DNA of 64,000 nucleotides from Pseudomonadota bacterium. GTDB taxonomy: Bacteria > Pseudomonadota > Gammaproteobacteria > Burkholderiales > UBA6910. The DNA lies in contig JBMOQX010000072.1 of NCBI GenBank assembly GCA_049322755.1, positions 14,662-78,661 of the forward strand. Reading direction: 5' to 3'. How positions within the stretch are numbered: the stretch's first letter is position 1; each line of letters begins with the position of its first letter. Below are positions 45,633 to 55,574 of this stretch, piece by piece. The translations under genes were made by a program, and so were the position numbers. Under the pieces are notes generated by a model. The model was not told the origin of the DNA and made no database searches. It saw only the letters and a list, made by a program, of their open reading frames with translations.

Positions 45633-47279
45633 ATGACCACCATGCAGCAGCCGGCCACCCAGACGTCCCGGGCCCGCGGGTCCGCCGACATCGTCGACTG
45701 GCGCCCGGAGGATGCCGCGTTCTGGGACGCGAACGGCCGGCGCGTCGCCAACCGCAACCTGTGGATCTCGATTCCCAACCTGCTGTGCGGCTTCGCCGTG
45801 TGGCTGATGTGGGGAATCATCACGGTGCAGATGAAGAACGTCGGCTTCCCGTTCACCGACGCCGAGCTGTTCACGCTGGCCGCCATCTCCGGGCTGACCG
45901 GCGCGACGCTGCGCATCCCGGCGTCGTTCATGATCCGCATCGCTGGCGGTCGCAACACCATCTTCCTCACCACGGCGCTGCTCATCATCCCGGCGTTCCT
46001 CACCGGCGTGCTGCTGCAGGACAAGGCGACGCCGCTGTGGCTGTTCCAGCTGGCGGCGTTCCTGTCCGGCGTCGGCGGCGGCAACTTCGCCGCTTCCATG
46101 AGCAACATCAGCGGCTTCTTCCCCAAGAGCCAGCAGGGCCTGGCGCTGGGGCTGAACGCCGGGCTGGGCAACTTCGGCGTCACCACCATGCAGATCCTGA
46201 TCCCGACGGTGATGACGGTGGGCATTTTCGGCGCGCTGGCGGGCGAGCCCACCGCGCTGCTCAAGGACAGCGGCACGCTGATCGGGAAGATTCCCGCCGG
46301 CACCCAGACCTGGATCCAGAACGCGGGCTTCGTCTGGGTGGCGATCCTGGTGCCGCTGGTGATCGCCGCGTGGTTCGGCATGAACAACCTGCTCACCATC
46401 ACGCCGGACCCCGGTCACCCGCTGGCAGCGTTCGGCAAGATCGCCGGCCTTTACCTGATCGGCTTCCTCACCGCCGGCGCCGGGCTCTATCTGTATCTGC
46501 CGAAGCCCACAGGGCTGGGCCTGCTCAACATGTGGGTGGCGATGGTGTTGATCATGATCGCCACGCTGCTGCTGCTACGCGCGTTGCCGGGCAAAATCGG
46601 CGCCAACATGGCGCGCCAGTTCAAGATCTTCCGCGACAAGCACACGTGGTCGATGACGGTGCTCTACATCCTCACCTTCGGCTCGTTCATCGGCTATTCG
46701 ATGGCGCTGCCGCTGTCCATCACCGTCATCTTCGGCTTCAGCCCGGCGGAAGTGGCGGGGGTCGTGCAGCGGGTGCCCAACCCCAACGCGCCGAGCGCGC
46801 TCACCTACGCGTGGATCGGCCCCTTCATCGGTGCGCTGATTCGGCCCGTGGGGGGCTGGATTTCCGACAAGGTGGGCGGTTCCATCGTCACCCAGATCAT
46901 CGCTGCGGTCATGGTGGTGGCCTCGGCCGCGGTCGGCTATCTCATGATGCTGGCGTATAACTCGCCGACGCCGGAGCAGCACTTCACGCTGTTCATCGTG
47001 CTGTTCATCGTCATCTTCGCCGCCACCGGGATCGGCAACGGCTCCACCTTCCGCACCATCGGCGTGATCTACGACCGCGAGCAGGCCGGGCCGGTGCTGG
47101 GCTGGACCTCGGCGGTGGCGGCGTACGGCGCCTTCGTGGCGCCGCTGGTGATCGGCGCCCAGATCAAGGCCGGCACGCCCCAGGTGGCGATGTATGGCTT
47201 CGCCGTCTTCTACGCCCTGTGCATGGTGCTGAACTGGTGGTTCTACCTGCGCCGGGGCGCGTACGTGAAGAATCCGTGA
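45633..47279 (+). CDS. narK: MFS nitrate/nitrite transporter NarK (copy 2, NarK2-type, 548 aa)
   Basis: AAGGAG RBS and ATG at 45633. GGGNFAASMSNISGFFP and LGLNAGLGNFG signature motifs. Confidence 0.9.
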   Translation: MTTMQQPATQTSRARGSADIVDWRPEDAAFWDANGRRVANRNLWISIPNLLCGFAVWLMWGIITVQMKNVGFPFTDAELFTLAAISGLTGATLRIPASFMIRIAGGRNTIFLTTALLIIPAFLTGVLLQDKATPLWLFQLAAFLSGVGGGNFAASMSNISGFFPKSQQGLALGLNAGLGNFGVTTMQILIPTVMTVGIFGALAGEPTALLKDSGTLIGKIPAGTQTWIQNAGFVWVAILVPLVIAAWFGMNNLLTITPDPGHPLAAFGKIAGLYLIGFLTAGAGLYLYLPKPTGLGLLNMWVAMVLIMIATLLLLRALPGKIGANMARQFKIFRDKHTWSMTVLYILTFGSFIGYSMALPLSITVIFGFSPAEVAGVVQRVPNPNAPSALTYAWIGPFIGALIRPVGGWISDKVGGSIVTQIIAAVMVVASAAVGYLMMLAYNSPTPEQHFTLFIVLFIVIFAATGIGNGSTFRTIGVIYDREQAGPVLGWTSAVAAYGAFVAPLVIGAQIKAGTPQVAMYGFAVFYALCMVLNWWFYLRRGAYVKNP

Positions 47280-47312
47280 TGACCGGGACCGGACGCCGGA
47301 GGACGCCACCGC

Positions 47313-48734
47313 ATGGGCACGATGCTGGTGCACTGGGAGCCCGAGGACCTCGGGTTCTGGGAGCGGGAGGGCGAGCGCATCGCCCGCCGCAACCTGGCGC
47401 TGTCGGTGCCGGCGCTGGTGCTGTCGTTCGCGGTGTGGATGCTGTGGAGCGCGGTGGTGGTGCATCTGCCCCACGTCGGCTTCCGCTTCACCCCCAACCA
47501 GCTGTTCTGGCTGGCCGCGCTGCCGGGGCTGGCCGGGGGCACGCTGCGGCTGCTGTTCTCGTTCATGGTGCCGATCTTCGGCGGCCGCAACTGGACCGCG
47601 GTGTCCACCGCCCTGCTGCTGCTGCCGGCGGTGGGCCTCGCGCTGGCGGTGCAGGATCCGCACACCGGCTACCCGACCTTCGTGGTGCTGGCGGTGCTGT
47701 GCGGCATCGGCGGCGGCAACTTCGCCTCCAGCATGGCCAACGTCAGCCTGTTCTATCCGACCCGGCGCAAGGGCGCCGCGCTGGGCCTCAATGCGGGCGT
47801 CGGCAACCTGGGCATCGGCCTGGCGCAGCTGGCGGTGCCGCTGGTGATCGCGGTACCGCTGTTCGGCGCGCTGGCGGGCGGGTCGCAGCGGTGGAGCGAC
47901 GGCGGCACGGTGCGGGAGGTGTGGCTGCAGAACGCCGGGCTGGTGTGGGTGCCGCTGATTGCGCTCGCCGCCCTGTCCGCCTGGCGCTGGATGGACAATA
48001 TCGCCGCGCTGCAGGCGGGCTTCGCCGAGCAGGCGGTGATCTTCGCGCGCAAGCACAACTGGCTGCTGTCGTGGCTTTACCTGGGAACCTTCGGCTCGTT
48101 CATCGGCTATGCGGCGGGCTTTCCGCTGCTGGCGGAAGTGGCGTTCGGCGCCGACGGGGCAGCGTCCTACGCCTTCGTCGGCCCGCTGGTGGGGGCGGTG
48201 GCGCGGCCCCTGGGCGGCTGGCTCGCCGACCGCTCGGGCGGGGCGCGGCTGGCGCTCGCCTGCTTTGCCGCGATGGCGGCGGCGACACTGGGGCTGCTGC
48301 TGGTGCTGCCCGAGGGCGGGCAGGGCGGCAGCTACGGGGCGTTCCTGGCGCTGTTCGCGCTGCTGTTCGCGGCCAGCGGCCTGGGCAACGGCGCCGTGTT
48401 CCACATGATTCCGGCCGTGCTGCTGCGCGAGCGCCAGGCGGCGGCGGGTGTGGATCCGCAGGCGCAGAGGCGGGCATTGCGCGAGGGCGTGCTGGAGGGC
48501 GCGGCGTCGCTGGGATTCGCCTCCAGCATTGCGGCGTTCGGCGGTTTCGTCATCCCCAAGAGCTACGGCACCGCCCTGGCGATGACCGGGGACCCGGCCG
48601 CCGCGCTCTACCTGTTCCTCATCTTCTACGCGAGCTGCATGGCGGTGACGTGGCGCTACTACGTCAGGCCGCGGGTGGGGGCACCGTGCCGAGCGGGGGC
48701 GGGCGCGAAACGGGCAGGGGCCGGCGACCGATGA
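47313..48734 (+). CDS. narK: MFS nitrate/nitrite transporter NarK-family (copy 3, 473 aa)
   Basis: GGGNFASSMANVSLFYP and LGLNAGVGNLG motifs. Paralogous to copy 2. Confidence 0.85.
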   Translation: MGTMLVHWEPEDLGFWEREGERIARRNLALSVPALVLSFAVWMLWSAVVVHLPHVGFRFTPNQLFWLAALPGLAGGTLRLLFSFMVPIFGGRNWTAVSTALLLLPAVGLALAVQDPHTGYPTFVVLAVLCGIGGGNFASSMANVSLFYPTRRKGAALGLNAGVGNLGIGLAQLAVPLVIAVPLFGALAGGSQRWSDGGTVREVWLQNAGLVWVPLIALAALSAWRWMDNIAALQAGFAEQAVIFARKHNWLLSWLYLGTFGSFIGYAAGFPLLAEVAFGADGAASYAFVGPLVGAVARPLGGWLADRSGGARLALACFAAMAAATLGLLLVLPEGGQGGSYGAFLALFALLFAASGLGNGAVFHMIPAVLLRERQAAAGVDPQAQRRALREGVLEGAASLGFASSIAAFGGFVIPKSYGTALAMTGDPAAALYLFLIFYASCMAVTWRYYVRPRVGAPCRAGAGAKRAGAGDR

Positions 48735-48791
48735 CCGGGGCGCCGGCCCGGGCAGATTACGATTCACGATTCACCATTGACGGGGTGTGAG

Positions 48792-51700
48792 ATGAGCCAC
48801 TTTCTCGATCGACTGAAGTACTTCACCCAGGACCGGGAGACGTTCTCCGAAGGGCACGGCGTCGTGACCCGGGAGGACCGTACCTGGGAGGACGGCTATC
48901 GCAAGCGCTGGCAGCACGACAAGATCGTGCGCTCCACCCACGGCACGAACTGCACCGGCTCCTGCAGCTGGAAGGTCTACGTGAAGGGCGGCATCGTCAC
49001 CTGGGAGACGCAGCAGACCGACTACCCCCGCACCCGCCCCGACATGCCGAACCACGAGCCGCGCGGCTGCTCGCGGGGCGCCTCCTACAGCTGGTACCTC
49101 TACAGCGCCAACCGCATCAAGTACCCGATGGTGCGCGGCCGGCTGCTGAAGCTGTGGCGCGAGGCGCGCCGCACGCTCAAGCCGGTGGAGGCCTGGGCGT
49201 CCATCGTCGAGGACGCGGCCAAGACCAGGTCCTACAAGTCGCGCCGCGGTTTGGGCGGCTTCGTGCGCTCCACCTGGGATGAAGTCAACGAGCTGGTGGC
49301 CGCGGCCAACGCCTACACGGTGAAGACCCACGGCCCCGACCGGGTCATCGGCTTCTCGCCGATTCCGGCGATGTCGATGGTCTCCTACGCCGCCGGCAGC
49401 CGCTACCTGTCGCTGATCGGCGGCGTGTGCATGAGCTTCTACGACTGGTACTGCGACCTGCCGCCGTCCAGCCCGCAGACCTGGGGCGAGCAGACCGACG
49501 TGCCGGAGTCGGCGGACTGGTACAACTCCACGTTCCTCATCGCCTGGGGCTCCAACGTGCCGCAGACGCGCACGCCGGACGCCCATTTCTTCACCGAGGT
49601 GCGCTACAAGGGCGCCAAGGTGGTGGCGGTGACGCCGGACTACGCCGAGGTCTCCAAGCTCGCCGACCTGTGGATGCATCCCAAGCAGGGCACGGACGCC
49701 GCGATGGCGATGGCGATGGGCCACGTGATCCTCAAGGAGTTCCACGTCGAGCGCCAGGCGCCGTACTTCCAGGACTACGCCCGCCGCTACACCGACCTGC
49801 CGATGCTGGTCCGCCTGGTGAAGCGGGGCCAGCACCTGGTCCCGGACCGGTTCCTGCGTGCCTCGGATTTCGGCGGCAAGCTGGGCCACGCCAACAACCC
49901 GGAATGGAAGACGGTGGCCTTTGACGAGGCATCGAACCAGGTGGTGACGCCCAACGGCTCCATCGGCTTCCGCTGGACCCAGAAGCCCGGCGAGGACCAG
50001 GGCAAGTGGAACCTGGAGGAGAAGGACGGCACGTCGGGGGCCGAGACGAAGCTCGGCCTCACGCTGATCGGCCGCCGCGACGACGTGGCGGGCGTGGCCT
50101 TCCCGTACTTCGGCGGCATCGCCCACGAGCACTTCCGCCACAATGACCAGGGCACCGACATCCTGGTGCGAAATGTGCCGGTCAAGCGGCTGCAGCTGGC
50201 CGACGGCGAGGCACTGGTGGCGACCGTTTACGACCTGCTGGTGGCCAACTACGGCATCGACCGCGGTTTCGGCGGCGGCAGCGTTGCCGGTTCCTACGAC
50301 GAGGACGTGCCCTACACGCCGAAGTGGCAGGAAAAGGTGACGGGCGTTCCCGCCGAGCAGGTGATCACGGTGGCGCGGCAGTTCGCCGACAACGCCGAGA
50401 AGACCCAGGGCAAGTCGATGGTGATCATCGGCGCCGCCATGAATCACTGGTACCACTCCGACATGAACTACCGCGGCATCATCAACATGCTGATGCTGTG
50501 CGGCTGCGTCGGGCAGTCCGGCGGCGGCTGGGCCCATTACGTCGGCCAGGAGAAGCTGCGGCCCCAGACCGGCTGGACCGCGCTGGCGTTCGCGCTCGAC
50601 TGGCACCGGCCGCCGCGGCAGCAGAATTCCACCTCGTTCTTCTACGCCCACACCGACCAGTGGCGCTACGAGAAGCTGAAAGTGAGCGAGGTGCTGAGCC
50701 CGCTGGCGAATCCGGCCGAGATGAGCGGCAGCCTGATCGATTTCAACGTGCGCGCCGAGCGCATGGGCTGGCTGCCGAGCGCGCCGCAGCTGGCGGCGAA
50801 CCCGATCCAGGTGGTCAAGGACGCCCAGGCCGCGGGGATGGATCCCAAGGAATACACGGTCAAGGCGCTCAAGGACGGCAGCCTGCGCCTGTCCTGCGAG
50901 GATCCGGACAATCCGGTGAACTTCCCGCGCAACCTGTTCGTCTGGCGCTCCAATCTGCTGGGCTCCAGCGGCAAGGGCCACGAATACTTCCTCAAGCACC
51001 TGCTGGGCACCCAGCACGGCGTCCAGGGCAAGGACCTGGGCGAGGAGGGCGGCGAGCTGCCGGAGGAAGTGGAGTGGCACGAGGAAGCGCCCAAGGGCAA
51101 GCTGGACCTGCTGGTGACGCTGGACTTCCGCATGTCCACCACCTGCATGTACTCGGACGTGGTGCTGCCCACCGCCACCTGGTACGAGAAGAACGATCTC
51201 AACACCTCCGACATGCACCCGTTCATCCATCCGCTGTCCCAGGCAGTGGACCCGGTGTGGGAGTCGAGGAGCGACTGGGAGATCTACAAGGGCATCGCGA
51301 AGAAGTTTTCCGAGGTCTGCGTCGGACACCTGGGCGTGGAGAAGGAGCTGGTGCTCACGCCGCTGATGCACGACACCCCGGGCGAGCTGGCCCAGGCGCT
51401 GGACGTGCGGGACTGGAAGAAGGGCGAGTGCGACCTGATCCCCGGCAAGACCGCGCCCCAGATGACGGTGATCGAGCGCGACTATCCCAACACCTACAAG
51501 AAGTTCACCGCGCTGGGCCCGCTGATGGCCAAGGCGGGCAACGGCGGCAAGGGCATCGCCTGGAACACCGAGCACGAGGTGAAGAACCTGCTCAACCTCA
51601 ACTACCCGGTGACCGAGGAGGGCATCACCCAGGGGCTGCCGCGCATCGAATCCGACATCGACGCGGCGGAGGTGATCCTGATGCTGGCGCCGGAGACCAA

Positions 51701-52541
51701 CGGCGAGGTGGCGGTGAAGGCCTGGGAGGCGCTCTCGAAGATCACCGGCCGCAGCCACGCGCACCTGGCGTTGCCGAAGGAGGAGGAAAAGATCCGCTTC
51801 CGCGATCTGCAGGCGCAACCGCGCAAGATCATCTCCTCGCCCACCTGGTCGGGGCTGGAGTCGGAGCACGTTTCCTACAACGCCGGCTACACCAACGTCC
51901 ACGAGCTGATCCCCTGGCGCACCCTCACCGGGCGCCAGCAGTTCTACCAGGACCACAAGTGGATGCTGGCGTTCGGCGAGGGCCTGTGCGTGTACCGGCC
52001 CCCGGTGGACGTCAAGGCGGTGGCGCCGATGGCCGGGGTCAAGGGCAACGGCAACCCCGAGGTGGTGCTCAACTTCATCACGCCACACCAGAAATGGGGC
52101 ATCCACTCCACCTACACCGACAACCTGCTGATGCTGACTCTCTCGCGCGGCGGGCCGATCATCTGGCTGTCGGAGGTGGACGCGAGCAAGATCGGCGTCG
52201 AGGACAACGACTGGGTCGAGCTCTACAACGTGAACGGCGCCATCGCGGCGCGGGCGGTGGTGTCGCAGCGGGTCAACGAGGGCATGGTGCTCATGTACCA
52301 CGCCCAGGAGAAGATCGTGAACGTGCCGGGCTCCGAGATCACCGGCTCCCGCGGTGGCATCCACAACTCGGTGACCCGCATCGTCACCAAGCCGACCCAC
52401 ATGATCGGCGGCTACGCCCAGTTGAGCTACGGCTTCAACTACTACGGCACCATCGGCACCAACCGCGACGAGTTCGTCATCGTGCGCAAGATGAAGACGG
52501 TGGACTGGATGGACGAGCCGGTGCAGGCCGAGAACCTTTAA
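48792..52541 (+). CDS. narG: respiratory nitrate reductase alpha subunit
   Basis: MSHFLDRLKYF..., STHGTNCTGSCSWKVYVKGG (FS0 His/Cys motif). ~1249 aa. Confidence 0.97.
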   Translation: MSHFLDRLKYFTQDRETFSEGHGVVTREDRTWEDGYRKRWQHDKIVRSTHGTNCTGSCSWKVYVKGGIVTWETQQTDYPRTRPDMPNHEPRGCSRGASYSWYLYSANRIKYPMVRGRLLKLWREARRTLKPVEAWASIVEDAAKTRSYKSRRGLGGFVRSTWDEVNELVAAANAYTVKTHGPDRVIGFSPIPAMSMVSYAAGSRYLSLIGGVCMSFYDWYCDLPPSSPQTWGEQTDVPESADWYNSTFLIAWGSNVPQTRTPDAHFFTEVRYKGAKVVAVTPDYAEVSKLADLWMHPKQGTDAAMAMAMGHVILKEFHVERQAPYFQDYARRYTDLPMLVRLVKRGQHLVPDRFLRASDFGGKLGHANNPEWKTVAFDEASNQVVTPNGSIGFRWTQKPGEDQGKWNLEEKDGTSGAETKLGLTLIGRRDDVAGVAFPYFGGIAHEHFRHNDQGTDILVRNVPVKRLQLADGEALVATVYDLLVANYGIDRGFGGGSVAGSYDEDVPYTPKWQEKVTGVPAEQVITVARQFADNAEKTQGKSMVIIGAAMNHWYHSDMNYRGIINMLMLCGCVGQSGGGWAHYVGQEKLRPQTGWTALAFALDWHRPPRQQNSTSFFYAHTDQWRYEKLKVSEVLSPLANPAEMSGSLIDFNVRAERMGWLPSAPQLAANPIQVVKDAQAAGMDPKEYTVKALKDGSLRLSCEDPDNPVNFPRNLFVWRSNLLGSSGKGHEYFLKHLLGTQHGVQGKDLGEEGGELPEEVEWHEEAPKGKLDLLVTLDFRMSTTCMYSDVVLPTATWYEKNDLNTSDMHPFIHPLSQAVDPVWESRSDWEIYKGIAKKFSEVCVGHLGVEKELVLTPLMHDTPGELAQALDVRDWKKGECDLIPGKTAPQMTVIERDYPNTYKKFTALGPLMAKAGNGGKGIAWNTEHEVKNLLNLNYPVTEEGITQGLPRIESDIDAAEVILMLAPETNGEVAVKAWEALSKITGRSHAHLALPKEEEKIRFRDLQAQPRKIISSPTWSGLESEHVSYNAGYTNVHELIPWRTLTGRQQFYQDHKWMLAFGEGLCVYRPPVDVKAVAPMAGVKGNGNPEVVLNFITPHQKWGIHSTYTDNLLMLTLSRGGPIIWLSEVDASKIGVEDNDWVELYNVNGAIAARAVVSQRVNEGMVLMYHAQEKIVNVPGSEITGSRGGIHNSVTRIVTKPTHMIGGYAQLSYGFNYYGTIGTNRDEFVIVRKMKTVDWMDEPVQAENL

Positions 52542-52623
52542 CCACGAAGGACGCAATGGACGCAAAGGAAGGACACCCGGAGCTGATGAGCATCCTTGGC
52601 GTCCTTAGCGTCCTTGGCGGTGA
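52541..52623. repeat. imperfect ~80-nt inverted repeat with three tandem 9-mers (tccttggcg tccttagcg tccttggcg) in the narG-narH spacer
   Basis: The 5' arm accacgaaggacgcaatggacgcaaaggaaggac pairs by hand with the 3' arm atccttggcgtccttagcgtccttggcggt. Confidence 0.6.
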
Positions 52624-52643
52624 AAACTCAAGGGGTGCATGAA

Positions 52644-54164
52644 ATGAAAGTACGCGCACAGATCGGCATGGTCCTCAATCTCGACAAGTGCATCGGCTGC
52701 CATACCTGCTCGGTGACCTGCAAGAACGTCTGGACCAACCGCGAGGGCATGGAGTACGCCTGGTTCAACAACGTCGAGACCAAGCCCGGCATCGGCTATC
52801 CCAAGGAGTGGGAGAACCAGGACAAGTGGGACGGCGGCTGGGTGCGCAAGGGCAGCGGCCGCATCGAGCCCAAGCAGGGCAGCAAGTGGCAGATCCTGAT
52901 GAAGATCTTCGCCAACCCGAAGCTGCCCGAGATCGACGACTACTACGAGCCGTTCACGTTCGATTACCAGCACCTGCACAACGCGCCGGATATGAAGACC
53001 GCGCCGGTGGCGCGGCCGCGCAGCCTGATCACCGGCAAACGCATGGAGAAGATCGAGTGGGGCCCCAACTGGGAGGAGATCCTGGGCGGGGAGTTCTCGA
53101 AGCGTTCCAGGGACGCCAACTTCGAGCAGGTGCAGAAGGACATCTACGGCCAGTTCGAGAACACCTTCATGATGTACCTGCCGCGGCTGTGCGAGCACTG
53201 CCTCAACCCCACCTGCGTCGCCTCCTGCCCGTCGGGTTCGATCTACAAGCGCGAGGAGGACGGCATCGTCCTCATCGACCAGGACAAGTGCCGCGGCTGG
53301 CGCATGTGCGTCTCCGGCTGCCCGTACAAGAAGATCTACTACAACTGGTCCACCGGCAAGGCCGAGAAGTGCATCTTCTGCTATCCGCGCATCGAGGCCG
53401 GCCAGCCCACCGTGTGCTCGGAGACCTGCGTCGGGCGCATCCGCTACCTGGGGGTGCTGCTGTACGACGCCGACCGCATCGAGGAGGCCGCCAGCGTCGA
53501 GGACCCGAAATCGTTGTACAAGGCGCAGCTGTCGCTGTTCCTCGACCCGCACGCGCCGGAGGTGCAGGAACAGGCGCGCCGCGACGGCGTGCCGGAGGCC
53601 TGGATCGAGGCCGCACAGGAATCCCCGGTCTACAAGATGGCGATGGACTGGAAAGTGGCGCTGCCGCTGCACCCCGAGTACCGCACGCTGCCGATGGTGT
53701 GGTACGTGCCCCCGCTGTCACCGATCCAGGCCGCCGCCAACGCCGGACAGATCGGCGTCAACGGGGCAATACCCGACGTCGGCGAGCTGCGCATCCCGCT
53801 CAAGTACCTGGCCAACCTGCTCACCGCCGGCGACGAGGCGCCGGTGAAGCGGGCGCTGGAGCGGATGCTGGCGATGCGCGCCTACATGCGCGACAAGCAT
53901 GTCGAGCAGCGCCAGAACCTGGAAGTGCTGCGGCAGGCGGATCTCACGCAGGCCCAGGTGGAGGCGATGTACCGCTACATGGCGATCGCCAACTATGAGG
54001 ACCGCTTCGTGATTCCCACCACGCACCGGGAGTACGCGGAGAACGCCTACGACCTGCGCGGCGGCTGCGGCTTCTCGTTCGGCAACGGCTGCTCCGACGG
54101 ACAGAGCGAGCCCAGCCTGTTCGGGGGCAAGAAGAAGACCATTCCCATCAAATCCATGGCCTAG
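52644..54164 (+). CDS. narH: respiratory nitrate reductase beta subunit
   Basis: MKVRAQIGMVLNLDKCIGCHTCSVTCKNVWT plus further Fe-S Cys clusters. Confidence 0.97.
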   Translation: MKVRAQIGMVLNLDKCIGCHTCSVTCKNVWTNREGMEYAWFNNVETKPGIGYPKEWENQDKWDGGWVRKGSGRIEPKQGSKWQILMKIFANPKLPEIDDYYEPFTFDYQHLHNAPDMKTAPVARPRSLITGKRMEKIEWGPNWEEILGGEFSKRSRDANFEQVQKDIYGQFENTFMMYLPRLCEHCLNPTCVASCPSGSIYKREEDGIVLIDQDKCRGWRMCVSGCPYKKIYYNWSTGKAEKCIFCYPRIEAGQPTVCSETCVGRIRYLGVLLYDADRIEEAASVEDPKSLYKAQLSLFLDPHAPEVQEQARRDGVPEAWIEAAQESPVYKMAMDWKVALPLHPEYRTLPMVWYVPPLSPIQAAANAGQIGVNGAIPDVGELRIPLKYLANLLTAGDEAPVKRALERMLAMRAYMRDKHVEQRQNLEVLRQADLTQAQVEAMYRYMAIANYEDRFVIPTTHREYAENAYDLRGGCGFSFGNGCSDGQSEPSLFGGKKKTIPIKSMA

Positions 54165-54174
54165 GAGAGCGATC

Positions 54175-54858
54175 ATGAACCTGCTGCTCAAGGCGCTGGG
54201 CGCCCTCATCAGCTACCCCGATGCCGATCTGCGCGCGGCGCTTCCCGAAATCGCCGAGGCGGTCGGCGGGGCACGCGCGCTGCCACGCCCGCTCAAGGAG
54301 GACCTCGCCGCGCTGATCGGCGAGATGGCCGCCGCCGATGCGTACGACCTGGAGGAGAACTACGTCGGCCTGTTCGACCGCGGCCGCGCCACGTCGCTGC
54401 ACCTGTTCGAGCACGTGCACGGCGAGTCGCGCGACCGGGGCCAGGCGATGGTGGACCTGCGCTCGGTCTACGCCCGGCACGGCCTGACGCTCGCCGCCAA
54501 CGAGCTGCCCGACTACCTGCCGGCGATGCTGGAGTACCTGGCGCTGGTGCCGGAACCGGAGGCGCGCGACATGCTGGGCGAGTGCGCCCACATCCTGCGC
54601 CGCATCGGCGAGGCCCTGGCGGCCCGCGGCAGCCGCCACAGCGCGGTGTTCGCCGCCCTGCTGGCGGTGGCGGGCGAGAAGGGGCTCGATCCGGCGGCGG
54701 GAACGCAGGCGCTGGCGGCGGAGAAGCCGCTGGACGAGGAATGGGCCGAGGAGCCGGTGATTTTCGGTCCCCAGGCCGCCTGGGGCAGCGGCGCCGCCGG
54801 CTGCGGCGCCCAACCGCAGGTGGCGCCGGTCAATTTCGTTCCCCGGGTTTCCCAGTGA
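54175..54858 (+). CDS. narJ: nitrate reductase molybdenum cofactor assembly chaperone
   Basis: YVGLFDRGRATSLHLFEHVHGESRDRGQAMVDL pattern. Confidence 0.9.
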   Translation: MNLLLKALGALISYPDADLRAALPEIAEAVGGARALPRPLKEDLAALIGEMAAADAYDLEENYVGLFDRGRATSLHLFEHVHGESRDRGQAMVDLRSVYARHGLTLAANELPDYLPAMLEYLALVPEPEARDMLGECAHILRRIGEALAARGSRHSAVFAALLAVAGEKGLDPAAGTQALAAEKPLDEEWAEEPVIFGPQAAWGSGAAGCGAQPQVAPVNFVPRVSQ

Positions 54859-54871
54859 TCAGGAGCACGCC

Positions 54872-55567
54872 ATGAGTTCCGGCCAATACCTCAACCAGTT
54901 TCTCTTCGGGATCTATCCCTACGTTGCGCTCGCCGTGTTCTTTCTCGGCAGCCTGATCCGCTTCGACCGCGAGCAGTACACCTGGCGCAGCGAGTCGTCG
55001 CAGATGCTCAAGACCGGCCAGCTGCGCTGGGGGTCCAACCTGTTCCACATCGGCATCCTGGGCATCTTCTTCGGCCACCTGGTGGGGCTGCTCACGCCGC
55101 TGCCGGTCTGGCACGCGCTGGGCATCGGCGCGCCGGCCAAACAGATGCTGGCCATCGTCGCCGGCGGCGTGTTCGGTCTGCTCTGCCTCGCCGGGCTCGC
55201 GCTGCTGATCAACCGCCGGATCACCGAGCCGCGCATCCGCAGTACCACCAAGACCATGGACTGGGTGATCCTGTTCCTGCTGCTGGGGCAGCTGGTGCTG
55301 GGGCTGGTCTCGATCAACGAGTCGTGGCAGCACCGCGACGGCGGCGAGATGCTCCGCTTCATGGAGTGGGCGCAGCGCATCGTCACTTTCCGCGGCGGCG
55401 CGGCCGACCTGGTGGCGGAGGCGGCGCTGGTCTTCAAGCTGCACCTGGTGCTGGGCATGACCATCTTCCTGGTGTTCCCGTTCTCGCGGCTGGTGCACAT
55501 CTGGAGCGGGTTCGCCGCGGTCACCTATCTGTTCCGGCCGCACCAGGTGGTGCGCACCCGGGGCTGA
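54872..55567 (+). CDS. narI: respiratory nitrate reductase gamma subunit (cytochrome b)
   Basis: 5-TM protein with a LFHIGILGIFFGHLVG haem-ligand region. 231 aa. Confidence 0.93.
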   Translation: MSSGQYLNQFLFGIYPYVALAVFFLGSLIRFDREQYTWRSESSQMLKTGQLRWGSNLFHIGILGIFFGHLVGLLTPLPVWHALGIGAPAKQMLAIVAGGVFGLLCLAGLALLINRRITEPRIRSTTKTMDWVILFLLLGQLVLGLVSINESWQHRDGGEMLRFMEWAQRIVTFRGGAADLVAEAALVFKLHLVLGMTIFLVFPFSRLVHIWSGFAAVTYLFRPHQVVRTRG

Positions 55568-55574
55568 CGGGGCC

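Noticed and set aside
52583-52590. CUGAUGAG, the hammerhead-ribozyme core motif, in the narG-narH spacer, with a GAAA 34 nt downstream.
   Set aside because: The sequence between CUGAUGAG and GAAA cannot form the required stem II (gcatcc versus ggcggt do not pair). No stem I/III or cleavage-site arrangement could be drawn. It is most likely a chance 8-mer.
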